From assembly GCA_044359535.1 (NCBI GenBank), contig JBIKLZ010000011.1, positions 1 through 29,120 of the forward strand: DNA of 29,120 nt, given 5' to 3'. Both the position numbers and the translations under genes were made by a program. Of the stretch, positions 28,177 through 29,120 are shown piece after piece (the first letter of the stretch is position 1; every line of letters begins with the position of its first letter). The stretch comes from Chlamydiia bacterium. GTDB lineage: Bacteria; Chlamydiota; Chlamydiia; Chlamydiales; 2-12-FULL-49-11. The notes under the pieces are model-generated. The model worked only from the letters and a program-made list of their open reading frames with translations, was not told the origin of the DNA and did not search any database.

Positions 28177-28473
28177 ATGGAAATAATAGGTGTATATGTA
28201 CCTGCAATTTGTAAAGAAAAGCCAACAAGCCTTATTTGTTTAAAAAAAAAGCTCTCTTTTACTGAAATAATCGATAAGGTTATTTCTTATGTCAATCGTT
28301 TTATAGAAGCAATAGGCCAACTTTTTAAGGAAAGAAAGTTAACAATTGTGTTCTATATATATAGACCTTCCTTCCAGCCCCCGCTCCAGCCCCCGCTCCA
28401 GCCCCCGCTCCAGCCCCCGCTAGAAGACTATGATGATATAAAAGAAGGGTATCAACCTATTTTCTTTAAATGA
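28177..28473 (+). CDS. Hypothetical proline-repeat protein (98 aa)
   Basis: AGGAG RBS; amphipathic segment, QPPL x4, C-terminal EDYDDI and EGYQPI. Confidence 0.65.
   Translation: MEIIGVYVPAICKEKPTSLICLKKKLSFTEIIDKVISYVNRFIEAIGQLFKERKLTIVFYIYRPSFQPPLQPPLQPPLQPPLEDYDDIKEGYQPIFFK
28373..28421 (+). repeat. 12-bp perfect tandem repeat x4 (TCCAGCCCCCGC)
   Basis: Four exact copies at 28373, 28385, 28397 and 28409; in frame, encoding QPPL. Confidence 0.97.
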
Positions 28474-28482
28474 AGGTAAATC

Positions 28483-28510
28483 TTGCAAACAATAGCCTCT
28501 ATAGTACACT
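28483..28510 (+). promoter_or_regulatory. Putative promoter of pyk (possibly leaderless)
   Basis: TTGCAA (28483-28488), 16 bp, TACACT (28505-28510); ATG begins 6 nt later; no SD sequence. Confidence 0.45.
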
Positions 28511-28516
28511 AAAAGT

Positions 28517-29120
28517 ATGAGAAAAACAAAAGTGATATGTACAATTGGGCCGGCAACCTCTTCAAGGGAGGGTCTTAAATCACTCATTGATGCGGGAATG
28601 GATGTATGTAGGCTCAATTTTAGTCATGGGACCCATGCCGATCATGAAAAGGTTATTCTTGCTATAAAAGAACTTCGGGAAACGATAGAAAAGCCCTTAG
28701 CGATTCTATTGGATACAAAGGGACCAGAGGTTAGAACTAAAAACACCTATCCCCTTGATTTGAAACAAGGAGCGTTTATTTCTCTACAGGGCACAGCTCA
28801 AGAAGAAGGGATTTTAATTTCTCCAGGATCTATTATTAAGGACTTAATAGTGGGTACAACGGTCCTTTTTGATGATGGATCGATAAAGGGGGAGGTCACT
28901 GAATTAAAAAATGGGAAAGCAGTGATAAAAATCCTCACCCCAGGCCTTTTAAAACCAAATAAAAGTGTTAATTTTCCAGGGATAAAATTAGATATCCCCT
29001 TTCTTCCTCAAAAAGATAAAGAGGATATTCTTTTTGGGGTGAAAATGGGGGTAGAGGCAATTGCTGCTTCTTTTACAATGTCTGCCGAACACATACTTAG
29101 CATAAAGGAGTTGCTCCGTT
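28517..29120 (+). CDS. pyk: Pyruvate kinase (5' part, runs off the window)
   Basis: Hand translation MRKTKVICTIGPA...GMDVCRLNFSHG...LLDTKGPEVRT...FDDG. Confidence 0.96.
   Translation, partial: MRKTKVICTIGPATSSREGLKSLIDAGMDVCRLNFSHGTHADHEKVILAIKELRETIEKPLAILLDTKGPEVRTKNTYPLDLKQGAFISLQGTAQEEGILISPGSIIKDLIVGTTVLFDDGSIKGEVTELKNGKAVIKILTPGLLKPNKSVNFPGIKLDIPFLPQKDKEDILFGVKMGVEAIAASFTMSAEHILSIKELLR

Noticed and set aside
28373-28421. CRISPR array
   Set aside because: Contiguous 12-bp units with no spacers and no cas genes.
17535-28617. Short track ORFs (17535-17726, 19791-20842, 22461-26653, 26768-27043, 26919-27116, 27713-27898, 28420-28617)
   Set aside because: Shadow or alternate-frame ORFs of ssb, the 981-aa gene, uvrA, the orphan cluster and pyk.

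Overview
AT-rich bacterial chromosomal segment, very likely from an environmental member of the Chlamydiota. Supporting signs are the DUF721-gyrB-gyrA-tmk-holB and nusB-murB gene order, a double-length ~1780-aa UvrA, a chlamydial-type GyrA QRDR (HPHGExVIYPTLV) and an IncA-like protein. It is mostly housekeeping: gyrB, gyrA, tmk, holB, a DEDD exonuclease, nusB, murB, a PHP hydrolase, folC, acpS, a PIN/TRAM protein, lgt, rlmH, ssb, uvrA, SRP RNA and the 5' part of pyk. Orphan or effector-like genes are interspersed. Items the ORF track misses: two tandem ~50-aa lipoprotein genes separated by a long hairpin, the SRP RNA, partial pyk, and an N-terminal folC extension with no ATG/GTG/TTG start. Other notable items are a four-gene cluster of small orphans with amphipathic helices (one with a QPPL x4 repeat and Tyr motifs), an apparently dead PIN domain, Gly at the GyrA Ser83-equivalent site, and an inverted repeat over the uvrA start. 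No mobile element, CRISPR array, tRNA or rRNA was seen. All assignments are by eye, without database searches.
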